Positions 26,401 through 39,426 of a DNA stretch of 64,000 nucleotides are shown in pieces. Position 1 is the stretch's first letter. Each line of letters opens with the position of its first letter. The DNA comes from Camelus ferus (lineage: Eukaryota). The notes beneath the pieces were generated by a model. The model saw nothing but the letters and a program-made list of their open reading frames with translations. It was not told where the DNA came from and did no database searches. Both the position numbers and the translations under genes were made by a program. The stretch is taken from assembly GCF_009834535.1 (NCBI RefSeq), contig NC_045697.1, positions 44,332,001-44,396,000 of the forward strand. The letters are read 5' to 3'.

Positions 26401-27134
26401 GGGCAGTGGACTTGGTAGAGCACCATGGTGTCTCACTGTGGTCCTGAGGAATGATTCTGTCCTGCGTACTGATTGCCATCCTACCCACAAAGTTTGTGGC
26501 TCGGCTCTTATTTCCAGACCTTAAACCCTGTTTGTCCTGTACTTGGCACTTTCCTCAAAGCCTAAAGCATTTTGGAATACTGTCAACAGATCAGTTCAGA
26601 ATACAGGATGGACCTTTATATACATTGTATTTTGCTCTTACACCCACACATGATTTAATATATCTAAAATTGTATTGAGCACATGGTGAATGATTTTAAT
26701 GGGTGGGATACCAAGACCAACAAAAGAAATTTCAAAGTGTGGATAAACTTATGTTTTGTTTGTCTTCAGTTCTCTTGAAGCTTCACTAGAACTCTCATGA
26801 CATTAATGGAATCAGCTTATAGCAACCAACTCTCCTTCATGGCCAGCATTTTAACACGTTATTTCAGCTGTCAATATCACCGCCGGAATGTAATTTATTT
26901 TACTCTTTGAGTTGATTTGAATGGACATTTTAGAGATGAAGGTGGCAATGATTTACTGCTGCTGACAAATGGCACTGGGCCTACCAACAAGTTTATTTCT
27001 TAAGAAAAAAGTGGACCTGGCTCTAAGTGAAAATGAAAATGCTCAAATAAATTAATCACAGTACAAGGAAACCTTCCATAAAGGAAAGGAAAAGTAAGGA
27101 CATATTACAAATAGAGAACGCTTTTCCCAAGAAA

Positions 27135-27146
27135 GGAAGTGACTCA
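27135..27146 (+). promoter_or_regulatory. Composite ETS/AP-1 motif
   Basis: GGAAGTGACTCA = ETS core overlapping a perfect TGACTCA, ~1.5 kb upstream of the CpG-island exon. Confidence 0.4.
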
Positions 27147-27149
27147 GCC

Positions 27150-27332
27150 ATGGGTTTGTCAGGAATCACCTGTTGCTCTTTGTAAAAATACCCATGTCCA
27201 AGTCCCTCCTCTCCCCTCACCACTCCCCATCCTCAGGTTCTGACTTAGGGGGCCTGTGGTAGACCCAAGCATTTGTATTTTTTAAAGCTCCCATTGGTGA
27301 TTCAGATATGCAGAGTTTTGAGAGACCACTAA
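27150..27332. mobile_element. MER5-like hAT-Charlie MITE
   Basis: GAATCACCTG...AGGTTCTGACTTAG...TTTGTATTTTTTAAAGCTCCC..GGTGATTCAGAT...GAGACCACT. Confidence 0.65.
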
Positions 27333-28399
27333 TTGGATGGATCCAGAAGTTTTAAAAGAATGTATTGGAAGCAGGTGTAGCCAGAGGGTAACTTCAGTCA
27401 TGGCAAGAGAAATGAATGGCATTGAAAGGATGGACTTGGGGGAGGGGGTTGTCCTCACAACAGAGCTGGGGTTAATTCATGGACTGGCCTCAAGCAATTC
27501 TTAACTCTGAGGGAGTCACAGATCACTGAGAGTCTGATGAAAGCTGTAGTCACTCTCCTTAGAAAAATCTTAAGAGGCTAACCCCCACAAAATTCCGCCG
27601 GGGGTTTAGATTCAAGTTTCTGTTTCTGCTGTTTTAACCAGAAGTTTAATAGTCCCATTCCTTAAGGGAAGGGAAACAGAAGAGGCCAGATCCCAGATTT
27701 GAAGAAGCTCACAGTCTAGTAGCCAGGAAAAAGCAGTAACAAGTCAATATACACATAATAGTGTATTATGGGGGAATACTATATTGTGGGGGAAGGGAGA
27801 GTTCTGGAATGTTGACGCGGAGAATTTGAAAGGTGCTTTGAGAGGCAGCAGATTAGAAGAGGCAGGTGGTACGGAGTCCCCCTAAAAGAATGGAGGTCAA
27901 CCTAAGGCAGCTTGATAAAGGAGGTCCTCCCGTGGGAGCCCCGTAGGGCCGCGTTTGGAAGAGAAGTTAACGGTGAGCGTGGGATAAAAACAGCGTTGAT
28001 CCCCGCTGCTGCTAGAGGTCACTGACATGGTGCCACCGGTAGGCTGAAGTTTGGGGTGGGGAAAGCTATCAAAATGCCGATGAATACAGTTTTATAACAG
28101 ACTGAGACGAGACACTGGGAGGAAGAGAGCGAGCTGGCGCTGGGAGCACGGCCTTGGAGTCGCTGCTCATTGCCAGGGTCAGAAGTTGGCCCTGCGTTTG
28201 TTCTCCACGATGAAGGAAAACCGCGGGAGAGCGCTCAGCGGCGGACAACTGCATTCAGCCAGTGTGCACGAAAATGAATCTTAGCTGCTATGTGCAAAAA
28301 CCCTAGGTGTGTGGACAGAAGGGAGCCAGCCAGAAGGTTACATCGGGTCAGGAATAAAGAACTACCAGGCGGAGGATCCCAGACTCGGTCCTTCCTTTT

Positions 28400-29420
28400 G
28401 TTGGGTGAGGAGCGCCAGGCAAAGGCGTCCACAAAGGCTTTGGAAAGAAGCGGTTCCACCGTCCCCACACGGCTCCAGCCCCCGGTAACTACGCGGGGCA
28501 CCGAGGGGTGGGGGACGCCCGAGGCCCAGGGATGGGGTGCGGGGAGGGGGGTCAGTCTCCCCCAGAGGCCCGGCAGCGGGGACCCCAGAATAAGTCGGGG
28601 GCGGGCGCGGCGCGGCAGGCGGGCAGATCCCACCCCTTCCTGAAGGAAGCGCCCTCCTCGCCGCGACTGCCGCCGCCGCCGCTGCCGCAGGTCACGGCTC
28701 CGCGAGGCGACCGCGGCCCCGCCGCACCGGAGCAGGTAGGCGCGGCGCCCGCGGCGCCCCCTCCTCCGCCCGGGGCCGCCAGGCATCCGAGGGGCGTCGG
28801 GCCCGGCTCTGCGCCCAGCCCGGAGGCGCAGAGGCGGGGACCGCGGGCGCCTCAGCGGGGCTCGGGCGGCGGGGTCTTCCCGGCCGCGGGGCCCTGCTCG
28901 GCTGCGGAGCCCTCCCCCGAGCGCCCCGGGCTCCCGGCCGCCTCCCGAACCCCCGCGGAAGCACGCCGCGGGCGAGGCGAGGGTGGCTGGCGGCGTCCCG
29001 GAGCCCCCGCCGGCGCGCCTCGTCCCCGCCGCCGCCGCCGCCGCCGCAGTGCCGTCCGCCGAGCCCCTGCGCCGCCCGCCGGCTGCGACTGCGGTCCTGT
29101 CCTTTGACAGGTGTCCCCACTCGCCGCCCCATCCGATACCCCGGCCTTTTGTTGTCCCGGGCGCTCGGGTCGGAAGCGACCCCAAGTTTGGCCTCCCGGT
29201 CCGTCTGCCGTTCGCCGATCACTTTCCCGTTAGCAGAGTCAGGCCGGCTCGCGCAGCAGGGGAGCCGGGAGGGATGCACTAACTTGCCTTGCCCTGTGCA
29301 CAACCTCCGCTCTGAATGAACAGTCCTGCTTCCCTTTCCTGGGTGCACACTTGGAAAGAAATGGGATTTTCAGTTTCTCCGGGGAGACGCCGGTGGGTGG
29401 GTGACCGAGGCTGTTCGACC
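28400..29420. promoter_or_regulatory. CpG island / promoter
   Basis: very GC-rich with unsuppressed CpG, GC box GGGGGCGGGC near 28596, (GCC)n runs; CpG-enriched shore extends upstream to ~27.9 kb. Confidence 0.92.
28620..28735 (+). other. Putative non-coding first exon of a + strand gene with a long first intron (TSS approximate)
   Basis: within the CpG island just downstream of the GC box; no ATG; ends at donor CAG|GTAGGC (28735/28736); no convincing coding exon seen in the next 35 kb. Confidence 0.6.
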
Positions 29421-31507
29421 ATCCATTGCAATAAAAGAGTGATTAGCTTTGGGGTTATGGAGAGAGCCCCTGTTGAGTGATTTTCTCCTTAAACCGAATC
29501 AAATAGAGAACGAGGGGGTTTTTACCATTTTAAATTCATATTCCTTTTCTCTCTGCTCATTCCTCTCCTCTCATACCTTCACAGCACTTTATTATATCCC
29601 AAACACTTCACGGATTTTTTTGTCAGGTTTATTCCGGCGAGACCGTCTTTCACGGCCGAGCCATGATTGTGACTACGAATGTGAGAACCTAGCCCAGTTG
29701 GGATGGAAGCACCTCTCCTGGAGTGAACCCATTCCCACTTCCTGTGGGAGACCAGGAGAGGTCCAGTTAGGGAACTAAATACACTATTAATATGTTTTTT
29801 TTTTAAGTTCTTGGATCTGTTGCAATAACACTGTCTAAATTACGATAATACCAGTTTCTGCTTCTTCATTTCTCTGCTTGAATCAAAGGCAGATTTTTAA
29901 TAATGCAGGGCTATAACTCCATTCCAGGCTCCAGCTCATCAAAAGGATAGGCGAATGTGGATGTATAAACTCCATGGTAACAGTAAATAAACTGACTGAC
30001 TTAAAGTTTTCAAGGAAAAATTGTTAGTCTCATGTATGTGATATTTGCAGATCAAAGAATTTTGCAATTTCAGCTCTTATGCATTAAGTCCCAAACTTTT
30101 TCTTCTATGTGTCCCAGAGGCACCATGTTTCAAAGATTCACTATAGCTCCCATCTCTTAACGAACTAGAAATGTGAGTTTAATCTTCAAGGCGTAAGCAT
30201 AGGAATTTTAATGTTGTGTCTTTTATTTATACAATATTTAATAAATATTTTGCAAGCTCCCCAAGTTGGAAGTTCAAAAACCGGGCATGGTAAATAAAAG
30301 GATAAAGCAGTTTTGCTAACAGTAATGACAGTTGGTAATGTTATGACGTTGAACAAACATATTAAAGTATTTGGGAAATGCATGTTTATTATAATCTGCC
30401 ATTAGCTGAAGGCAATCTGTTTGGATTATTTAAACTGACATCAGAGTGTCTCTATAGTGATTGCTTAATTCATGTATTTCTCATCAAATGCCTTTCACAG
30501 GTTGCTTCGAGGGGGGGATAGTTTATTCTGTAGAGTAATTTTTTTTTTGCATGAACATAGTAATACCGTATGTTTAGGCTTTGTTCTGGAACTACCACAG
30601 TCACACTTACGATGATCTTGCAGGGTTTTCTTGTGCTCACTTTACCTGCTTTGTGATCATCAAGAGTGACGGCACTTGGCTGTGTCCTCCTGCTTTGTTT
30701 CCCCTGTGTTCTAGGCGCATCTCTGCAGTACAGTGGCCAGATTAGCTGGGCATCCTGGAGGCACGCAGGAGGAAAAGCTGGCTGGCCCCAGCAATCCTCG
30801 ACATTTGGTTTCAGCGTAATCTGGCCACTCGGAATGAGTTCAGTAACCAATTAAGCAAGACAGACACTGACAAGATAATGTATCACCTCTCAGTCTTCCC
30901 CTTCACAAGAATCTACAGCACTAAGAATCCAGAATACAGTGGTGATTAGGTGCTGTGAGGCTCAAATGATATATGTGCTAAAGTTCTCAAAATGTGATAC
31001 AAAGACCAAATGTTACTGAATCTAAGTTCATGAAAAGGCTAGGAACAGATCGAGGTATGTAATAAATATTTTCCTTATCCTAAGGGCAATAACAGATGCT
31101 CATCCTTGCTTAACTATAAACTTTTATTCCTGGAGCTGATGGTGCCATGTATCTTTATGGTTTTTTGTTTTGTTTTGTTTTGTTTTCATAATTTGCTCTA
31201 AGCACTTTCAAGCTAGCTCATAGATTAGTGGAACAAGTCACAGTTATCACCAATGTCATTTCCTGGGATGCTTGGATTTTGAAAGATAACTTGTGGCAAT
31301 GGAGAGTCTTAATGCAAAGAGATTTTAGACCGGCCAATTGGAATGATATTTTGAAATAATAATGAAATCTTTGGCAGTAGCCTTCAAATTCAACCCCATG
31401 GTATTCCAAGTCAAGCCAGTACTGCAAGGTAATGCTTGAAACTCTTTTATGAAGGGAGAAATGAACAATTTTCTTTTCAGCATCTGTGAATGGTTTTTCT
31501 CTAGATC

Positions 31508-31698
31508 AGTGCTGTCCAATAAAACTTCCCGCTATGATGGAAATGTTCTGTAATCTGCCCAGCACGGTAGCCATGAGCCCCATGTGGCTGTTGAACCTTT
31601 GAAATATGTCTAGTATAATTGAAGAACTGAATTTTAAATTTTATTTAATTTTAATTAATTTAAATAGCCATATGGGGCTATCATACTGGACAGTGCAG
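31508..31698. mobile_element. MER3 hAT-Charlie MITE
   Basis: CAGTGCTGTCCAATAAAACTTCC...ATGATGGAAATGTTCTG...GAACTGAATTTTAAATTTTATTTAATTTTAATTAATTTAAATAGCCA...TGGACAGTGCAG. Confidence 0.85.
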
Positions 31699-32362
31699 CC
31701 TTAAATTTTCTCCACCCATTTCCTGCAGAGGTAACGCTTAATGACAATTATCCTTAATTGGAAGAAAGTGGAGATTGGCATGGATAGAACCAGGAGTTAA
31801 GATTTGACTCTGTAATCCTGTTGTTATGAAAAAATACTTGCAATTACTCCGAAGAAGGTGTTGAATGTTGAAGTTCAGCTGTATTCTAAAAATCAAGCTT
31901 CCCTTTTCAATTCCCACATGTCTGCTAGCCACACAAATAAGCATCACCCAGAGTTGGCCCCATGTGTCTGTGTTCTTAAACTTGTTTTTTAATTAGCTCT
32001 TTTGCACATTATAGAATCATTTATCCTTAGAGTTAGTTTCTGCCCTTTTCAAGGGGAGGGGAATTTAGAGAGGCAGAAAACTGAAGATGATTTACAACCA
32101 GCCCCGCTCCCCTCCTGTAATCACAGAGACCCTCTGAGAAGTGTGAGGAGTTAGTGCCCGGCCTCAAGAAGTGGCTGAAGCCTCTGTCTCCCTTGGGCCC
32201 TCCTTGTCTGGTGTCTTTCTCTTGGCCTTTAACCCAGATCCTCCCACCTAGCCCAGCCCCTGTGGATGAAAAAGTCCAGTTGAAAAATAACCTACCATTA
32301 ATTTTAGTAAAACTGTTAAAATGGGATTTTATTTTGCATTTTATTTTGGCTCTTGAGAGGGA

Positions 32363-32532
32363 CTTTTTTTTTTTACTTTATTTTAAAAAATCTTTTTATT
32401 TATTTTTTGTTGGGAGGTGATAATTAGGTTTATTTATTCATTTATTTATTTTTAATGGAAGTACTGGGGACTGAACCCAGGAGCCCATGCGTACTAGGCA
32501 TGCACTCTACCACTGTGCTATACCCTCCCTCC
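32363..32532 (-). mobile_element. tRNA-derived SINE (Vic-1 type)
   Basis: GTACTGGGGACTGAACCCAGG...GCACTCTACCACTGTGCTATACCCTCCC; flanked by GAGAGGGA direct repeat. Confidence 0.88.
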
Positions 32533-35500
32533 AGAGAGGGATATATTTTTAATTAGACTTTTTCTCAAGACACTGCTACTCATATTTCTTGTGTGAGTGA
32601 CCCTCCTTCATCCAGCCTAGGATACCTCTCCCCAGGCCAGAGCTCAGAGTCCTGAGGGTTCCCCTTCTCCAGGAGGGACTCTCTCTTAATCAATTATTTA
32701 GAAATTTGTTGAAGGTGTTTGTGCATACTAAAATATAAGTTAAAGCAACCCCCAAATTTTCTCTGCCCTTAAGATGTATATAGGACAACATTTCCCAAAT
32801 TAGTGTCCATCCCATGAGGGCACAGAGATGCTTGAGTAAATTTCGGATATGTTCCATATAACCCCTTTAAAAAATTTTATTTATAATGCACAATAGCATG
32901 GTAAAGTCTCTAAGATGAGATACATATACCAATTTAACTTTTTTATTGTTGTTTTCCAAAGAATTTTTCATACAACACTTATAGTATTTTTCAGACCACA
33001 TGTCCTGAGTCATGAAATCAATTTAACAGATTAGGATCAACATTTTTTAAATGAAATGGCATATATAAAAGAATAGGAATTATGACTGTGCACTCCTCTT
33101 AGTGAGGGTTATAGTGTTTGATGAAACTTTTGGTTCCCCCGTGTGTGCAGGTGCAAGGCCACGAGGCAACAGAGAAAGGTGGTCAAAAGCACTGTAGAAA
33201 CAGGACCCCTGGGTTCCAATTCTGACTCTACCCCACCCTGTCTGTGTATGGCAAGCACTTTATAAACGTGGTCACTATTCATTTTATTATTATATAAATG
33301 TTTGTGTGTATACTGAATCATGATGTTAAAATACTGCCCCTGAAACTAAGCTTGAGACTCACTTTGGAAAAGATTGATCTAGGACAGGGCTCCATGCTGA
33401 ACGCTGAACCTGGGCAGTCGGAGACAGAGCCCACAGGTTCAGCCATCTCAGCTCCCATGTTGTGATGCAGTAGTGACACGCGGATGCACACCTGCAGACC
33501 TGTGAGACTCAGACATGGTGCCGCACTGCACCAGTGTGGAAGTGAGCTGATGACAGTTGTGTTCTGTAAGACAGGGCCTGATGAGTGAGGGGGCAGGCGT
33601 TGCACATGTAGGCCGGAAGAGACCTCACTGCTGCCAGCCTGTGGCCTCTGAAGGTTAATGCCCTTGGACAGGCAGCCTGATGCCCAAAGAAACCCAGATG
33701 TGCCAGAGACTAGCAGCTCAGTCTTTCTTCCATCCTGACCAGTTCCTAACTTCTGCATACTGGTTTGTAGCAAATAGTCACAACAGGTCTAAAGAGATAT
33801 GTCCATCCCATTAAACTCTCACTTTTTACTACATTCTAAATTATTTGTTTTTTTAAATCACTTTCTGTCCTTAATAGTGTTTCATAATATAATAAATGGA
33901 AAGCAATGTTGTTTTAAGAATTTCATATAAAAGGAGACGTCTTAAAATTGAGAGTGGGAATCTTTTTTTCTCCCCTATTGCAATCTAGAAAGTAAAACTA
34001 ATTTCATTTTGGAAGTAGATTTCAGTTTTCCTTAAAAGTCAAACTAAATGTAAGCAATCACTTGTCTATAGACTTTGTCAGGTAGAATAGATAACGCAAG
34101 TTTGTCATCATGGTTACTTTTCTTTTCTAAAAAGTATAGAGGCTGTGTCTAACATACTAAAAGTCTTTAAGGTATTCAGATTTTGTTCGAGGCTGCGGAA
34201 TCGTCCATCTCTGAGGACACTGATGCAGACTATCTGTGGAATGTAAAGGAGTGAGATGAAGTGTCATTGACAAAACGGTGAAAGTCATGTAATACTTTTA
34301 GACAAGTGAGACAAAAGCTTAAGAAGTAATTGTGATTGATGATGGCAGTAGTGGAAATTAGCCTGTAGTTTAAATGGTGTTATTTAACTCCAAAGTAATT
34401 ATAATGAATTATAATGGTTTTCAACTGAATATAAACATAAATGTCTCCAAAAATAGAATAGCCTTACTATTCATCAAACATTTCATTTATTAACAAGGTA
34501 GATGTCTTTCTGGTTTTTTTTTTTTTTTTTAACGCTTATGAAGACTTAGCTGCCAAAGAAATATTTAAAATGGTAATAATTGGAAATTTTTAAGCATAAA
34601 CTAAAACTGACTATACATAGTTAAAATTATTATTGTATTTTTCAACACTAGTCCGGTTAATAAAATAGTCTTTCAGATTATTTTTATACTATTGATTCAT
34701 GAGTGAAAAGGTTAAGTGTTAGTTAAGAATTGTTGATACCATTGTAAAGCAATCCAAATAGAAATAATAGTTTTTTACTGAACTTGGAGTGTTTGTGAAT
34801 TAGAATTAGAATTCTGTAATGTAATTGTCCTGGAATTTCAAGGGAAATACGTCTCCTGGAATTTATAAGTTCTACTTTTCACTAAAACTTAAAGGGTATT
34901 TACATAGAAACACTAGTAACTGAGATATAACTGCATGCAGTAGCAGGAGTACTATGTGTGACAGTTTTTCTTCCTTGTGGTATTATGTTCCCACATAGCC
35001 TGGACTTCAAAAGTATGTCATTTTGAAAAAATTTTCCAGTCTTGTCAATGACAGTGCAGTGTTTACAAGAACCATATTTATCTCCCTGTAATTTTAGCAG
35101 CTAATAGAATGGTTCTTGAGAAAGCTGATTATCTTTTCTATGACATTTTGATTGGTGTTTTTCCATTTCAATTTGAGTTTATATGTGGCATAAAAATTGA
35201 TTATATGAAAAGGAGTGGGTTGCCATTGTATACCAAAATTGTGATGGTATAAATAAGGAAAATCACAAATAAACAACCTAATCTACCACCTAAAAGAATT
35301 AGAAAAAGAACAAAGTTTTGATTATATATGTATGCATGTGAAAATAAGGGCAAGAATTTTCCAGCAACTGATTTGGGGAAAGATACCGTTGTGATCCAAT
35401 AGTGGTGCATCGTGTTTTTTTAGAGACCAGGCCACGGAACCAAGTGAATGTTCACTTACAGAGCCATAAATTTGGCAGTTCAGAAATGGTGTTCTTTATT

Positions 35501-35988
35501 AACTATTGGACAATATTTGTGAAATCCCTAGTATGGTCCCTGGCCCAGAGTAATTTTTTTTCCACTGTTACTTCCTGCTTATTCATAACATAGGTTTTAA
35601 CTCATGTCATTACATGGAAAATTAAAGAGGATTGTTCTGGATGATAATTGCTCCCCTACTGAGAATCTAAGAGCTAGATAAAGCCTTTGGAAGTCACATA
35701 ATTTACTTCTTAGAGTCTTGGCATGACTGCAGTCATCACAGAGAGATGATGTGTACACTCCATTCTACTTTGAGTCTATGAATATTTTACATTACTTCTT
35801 GGCACACTGTTTATCCAGGCTGACTTAACAGGACTCTGATGTTGAACCTAGGCTCACTTCAGTTTCATATAGTTCCTGCTTTGCTTGCTTGTTGCCTGCT
35901 TACCTTGTCTTTCCAATTAAATCATTGGGGTTTTGTGTGTAGAAGTTATTATTATGCAATTTTGGTATCCCACTGGGTTATTTAATAA

Positions 35989-36188
35989 CAGGGGTTAGCA
36001 AACTATTTTGAAAGTAAAGTTTTATTGGAGCACAGCCGTGCTCATTGGTTACATATTACCTACCTGTGACTGCTTCTGCACTCCCACACAGAGCTGAGTA
36101 GCAATTGAAACAGACTCCATCTGGCCCAGAAAGCTGAAAATCTCTGCTATTTGGTCCTGTATAATAAGGAAAAGGTTGTTGACCCCTG
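35989..36188. mobile_element. MER58-like hAT-Charlie MITE
   Basis: TIRs CAGGGGTTAGCAAACT ... GTTGTTGACCCCTG; AAAGTTTTATTGGAGCACAGCC. Confidence 0.8.
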
Positions 36189-36339
36189 TGCATTTAATAC
36201 TCTTCCTATGGGATTCTTGAATAAAATGTGCGGGAAAGTGGCCTGCTACAAATTATATACAGCTAACTGCTTTCTGTAGGGACAAATTTCCCACCTGAAT
36301 GACCAAATGAGTGACTCTTCCTGTTTCACTGTCCATTGG

Positions 36340-37010
36340 CTCTGAAATCAGCATAGGCTTAGGTGAGTCACTAGATGTGTAATCTTAAATGAGTTATTTA
36401 ATCCTTTTTAAGCCTGTGTTTTCTTGTGTACAAAATAAAGGTCAGTATGGTGCCTGCTGTTGGGAGACAGTTCTCCATGCATCCCATGCATTTCAGCAGG
36501 TCTTACAAGGAGAGGCACTGACTGCCCTTTCATTCTAGACTGCCTTTTCAAGGATGTTTGTGTAAACAGTCTTGGATGATAGAGATAGAGTTGCCCTCAG
36601 AAGCCAAGGGCAGGCATGCTTATATCCAGAGTAATAGATTTGAGTTCTCTCAGCTCAGAGTTCCTCTCCAGTAATGCTACTCGCTGCATAGACAGGTGTC
36701 ACATAGCCCTCTTTTGATGCGTGAAGGAATTGGAGCTGGGGAACTGGTGCAAGCAAATGCTGATACTCTGGCCCCTGCTGTTGCCATGAGTAATAAAGTC
36801 CTTTGTTTCTGACCCAGGAGTCTTGTGTCTTCTGCCAGCATTCGTGAAACTGTGGTAGGCTAACTTGTGCAAATAAAATCTCAGCCCTTTTACAGTTCTT
36901 GGACAACTGTTCTATGGAGTTATTATAAGAATTGAATAAGGTAATAAATATGAAACATTTAACACAGCACCTGGCATATACTAAATGCCCAATAAATGTT
37001 AGCTATTAAT
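36340..37010 (+). mobile_element. MIR SINE split by an LTR40-like insertion
   Basis: 5' half ATGAGTTATTTAATCC...AAGCCTGTGTTTTC; 3' half CACAGCACCTGGCATATACTAAATGCCCAATAAATGTTAGCTATTA. Confidence 0.7.
36458..36905 (+). mobile_element. Solo LTR, LTR40-like (ERVL)
   Basis: TGTTGGGAGACAGTTCTCCATG...GGCACTGACTGCC...TTTTCAAGGATGTTTG...AATAAAGTCCTTTGTTTCTGACCCAGGAGTC...GACA; TG..CA termini. Confidence 0.85.
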
Positions 37011-37571
37011 TACTATCTAGCTAACTATTAACTCTGCAGTGTGTAATTGGGTCCTAGTTTTGTGTTGAAAGCTTATGTCTTAAGGTAATGATTTTTCCAA
37101 CTGTAGCCCACCAGGGTTATGAGAACAGTTAAGGAGGCTTATTTTTTTAATGATACGGAAAATAGAATATAATAGAATAATAAAATATCCAAGTGTAAAA
37201 TATGTAGTAAGGATAAATATTGATTTGTAAAACTTTAGATTTCTGTCATATGCATATATATCTGTATACAAGGCTGTGATATAAAAAATTTATTTTTTAC
37301 TGTCAGTCACAGTCAAAAAAGTTGGAAAGCCACTGCTGCCCTAATACATATATGCAAGTGTTCAGAAAAACTCCTGTTCATGAGAGCATAGAATTCCTTT
37401 CTTTACTTTTATTTCTGAAAAGAGATGTAAAGGACCACCATCACTCATCTGAGAAGTGACCAGATTCACTGTGTTCACCCTCTGCATACCATGTGGCTCA
37501 TTTTTGCCCATGATTAGCAGAAAATGAATGCAACCACCAGGTTATTTTCTGAAGAAAGAGTTTTTTTATAT

Positions 37572-37756
37572 TAGCCCCGTCCAATAGAACCTTCTTTGGT
37601 GGTGGAAATGTTCTATTTCTGAACCTTCCAGTACAGCAGCCAATAGCTCTTGAACACTTGACTGTGCAACTGAGGAACTGAGCTTTTAATTAAAACAATT
37701 TAAATTTGAATTAATTTAAATTTAAATAGCCACGTGTGGCTATTGGACAGCGCAGT
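37572..37756. mobile_element. MER3 hAT-Charlie MITE
   Basis: GTCCAATAGAACCTTC...GGAAATGTTCTAT...TTTAAATAGCCACGTGTGGCTATTGGACAGCGCAG. Confidence 0.8.
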
Positions 37757-38219
37757 TTCTGTTTGAACGGCCAGCTGTGGTTTTCCTCAGCACAGCTAAC
37801 TGCATGGTTTGGCTTGTATTACAGTCCTAAGGTGCAGCACCCTCCCACTGGGTTGTTCAAAGAGCCATTGACCCTTGCGCACAGCTGACTTGGGCAGACC
37901 TTGGGGTGAAGAGGTGCTTGATGAGCTGCTACCTTGGACAGTGCCACAAGCCAGAAAAAAATGGCATGATGCCAGCAGACAGAGGTTCTTAACCCTGGCT
38001 ATGCAATAGAGTCATCTGAAAATCGGTAACAGTCTGGGCTGCACCTCAGACCAATTAAATCAGACATTTTTGCAAAGCTCAATGGGTATGCTGTCATATT
38101 CTCAGCTGGGCAGCATCCCAAGTACTTTGATGATGCTCTACCATAGTATCCCAGAAAGTACTGGCTCTTATTGACCAACTCGTACATCCAGTGCTTCCCA
38201 TTTATGTTTTCAGCACACA

Positions 38220-38830
38220 TATGGTTCCTAGTGTGTGTTTGAGATATGCTGTTCTTGCTCAGTCTAGAGGGGGAGACCAACACGTAAACAGTTATCAAAC
38301 AATAGGGTAAGCATAATAATAGAAGAATCATAGGGTGCTTTGAGAACACCCAAGAGGAGGCATCAGAGGGTCTTCCTAGAGGTGGTGACATCCAACCTGA
38401 GTCTTATAGGATCAGAAGGAATAGTCACGTGAAGAAAGGAAAATGAAAAAAAAAAAAAAAGGATACTGCCTGGGAGGAGGCCAACATTTTCTGTCCCTCT
38501 AGGATTAAACACCATAAGATAGCTCCCTCCTGGGGGAGACCCTCACTGCTGTTGTAACAAACCTCATGGAGTATCCTTATCCTAACTGGCATTTATCATT
38601 TATTCATTTACTCATTCATGCATTTATTCAACAAGTGTGATTTATTGAGGCACTACTACGTGTAGACATGATCTAGGTGCTGGTGATACAGCAGTGAACA
38701 AAACAGACAGCACTCTTGTCCTTAGGGGACTCTGTATTCTAGTGGGGAAGACTGAGCAAAATTAAACAAGGAAATAGTATAGTGCAAGGCTAATGTGCTA
38801 TGGAGAAAAATAAGTCACGGTAAGGAATTT
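38220..38830 (-). mobile_element. LINE2 3' end fragments (two pieces)
   Basis: CATTCATGCATTTATTCAACAAG...CTAGGTGCTGGTGATACAGCAGTGAACAAAACAGAC; CAGTCTAGAGGGGGAGAC. Confidence 0.75.
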
Positions 38831-39426
38831 GAAGGTTCTGGAGAACGTGCTCTGAGAACCAGAAGTCTCACTGCATCTCTCTGCAAACTTAGTGGCAGTT
38901 CTTACTATTTTCTGAGACTGGACTTGGGTTCTGCAGTTATTTTCCTTTGTTCAAGCCTGGCCGTCCACCGATGTCCATCACCCCATGTCCTCCTGCCTCC
39001 TGTAGCACCATAACTTATGCCCGCACAACCTCTCATGCTCCCCTCCCCAGCCCCATGCATCATGTCTTGTATGTTCACCCTCTCTTAGCATTTTCGCTTC
39101 CAGTTCTCTGTTGATTCCCTCCACTCTTTTCCTCTTCACCCCAGGGGATCCATGGTTAATAAAGTTCTCGACCTTCCGCTTATTGCTCTGTCACCTTCCT
39201 CCATGGGTCATTGCATGAAAAGGCTTGTGAGGCTAAACGTGGTAAACCACCTTTCACCCTTTCTCATCACTACTCTCCATCCAGCTCCCAATCACTTCCA
39301 TCTATTTCTTGAAGAACTAAAGACCTGGTCTTTCCAAACCTCCCTTTCCTGACTCTTGTCATAACCCATCCTAGATGATCTGACCATGAATCTCGCCTCA
39401 AAATCCTTGGACCTTCTTCTTCTTCT

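Noticed and set aside
28620..28735. Assigning a gene symbol (SYTL2 considered)
   Set aside because: Based only on vague recollection of locus layout; no coding sequence in the window to confirm it
28235..29348. Long overlapping ORFs (316, 218 and 199 aa) on both strands
   Set aside because: Low-complexity Arg/Gly/Pro/Ala frames expected from stop-codon scarcity in a CpG island; no recognisable domain
30700..30825. Possible internal exon after TTTCCCCTGTGTTCTAG
   Set aside because: Acceptor is plausible but there is no good donor or recognisable coding frame
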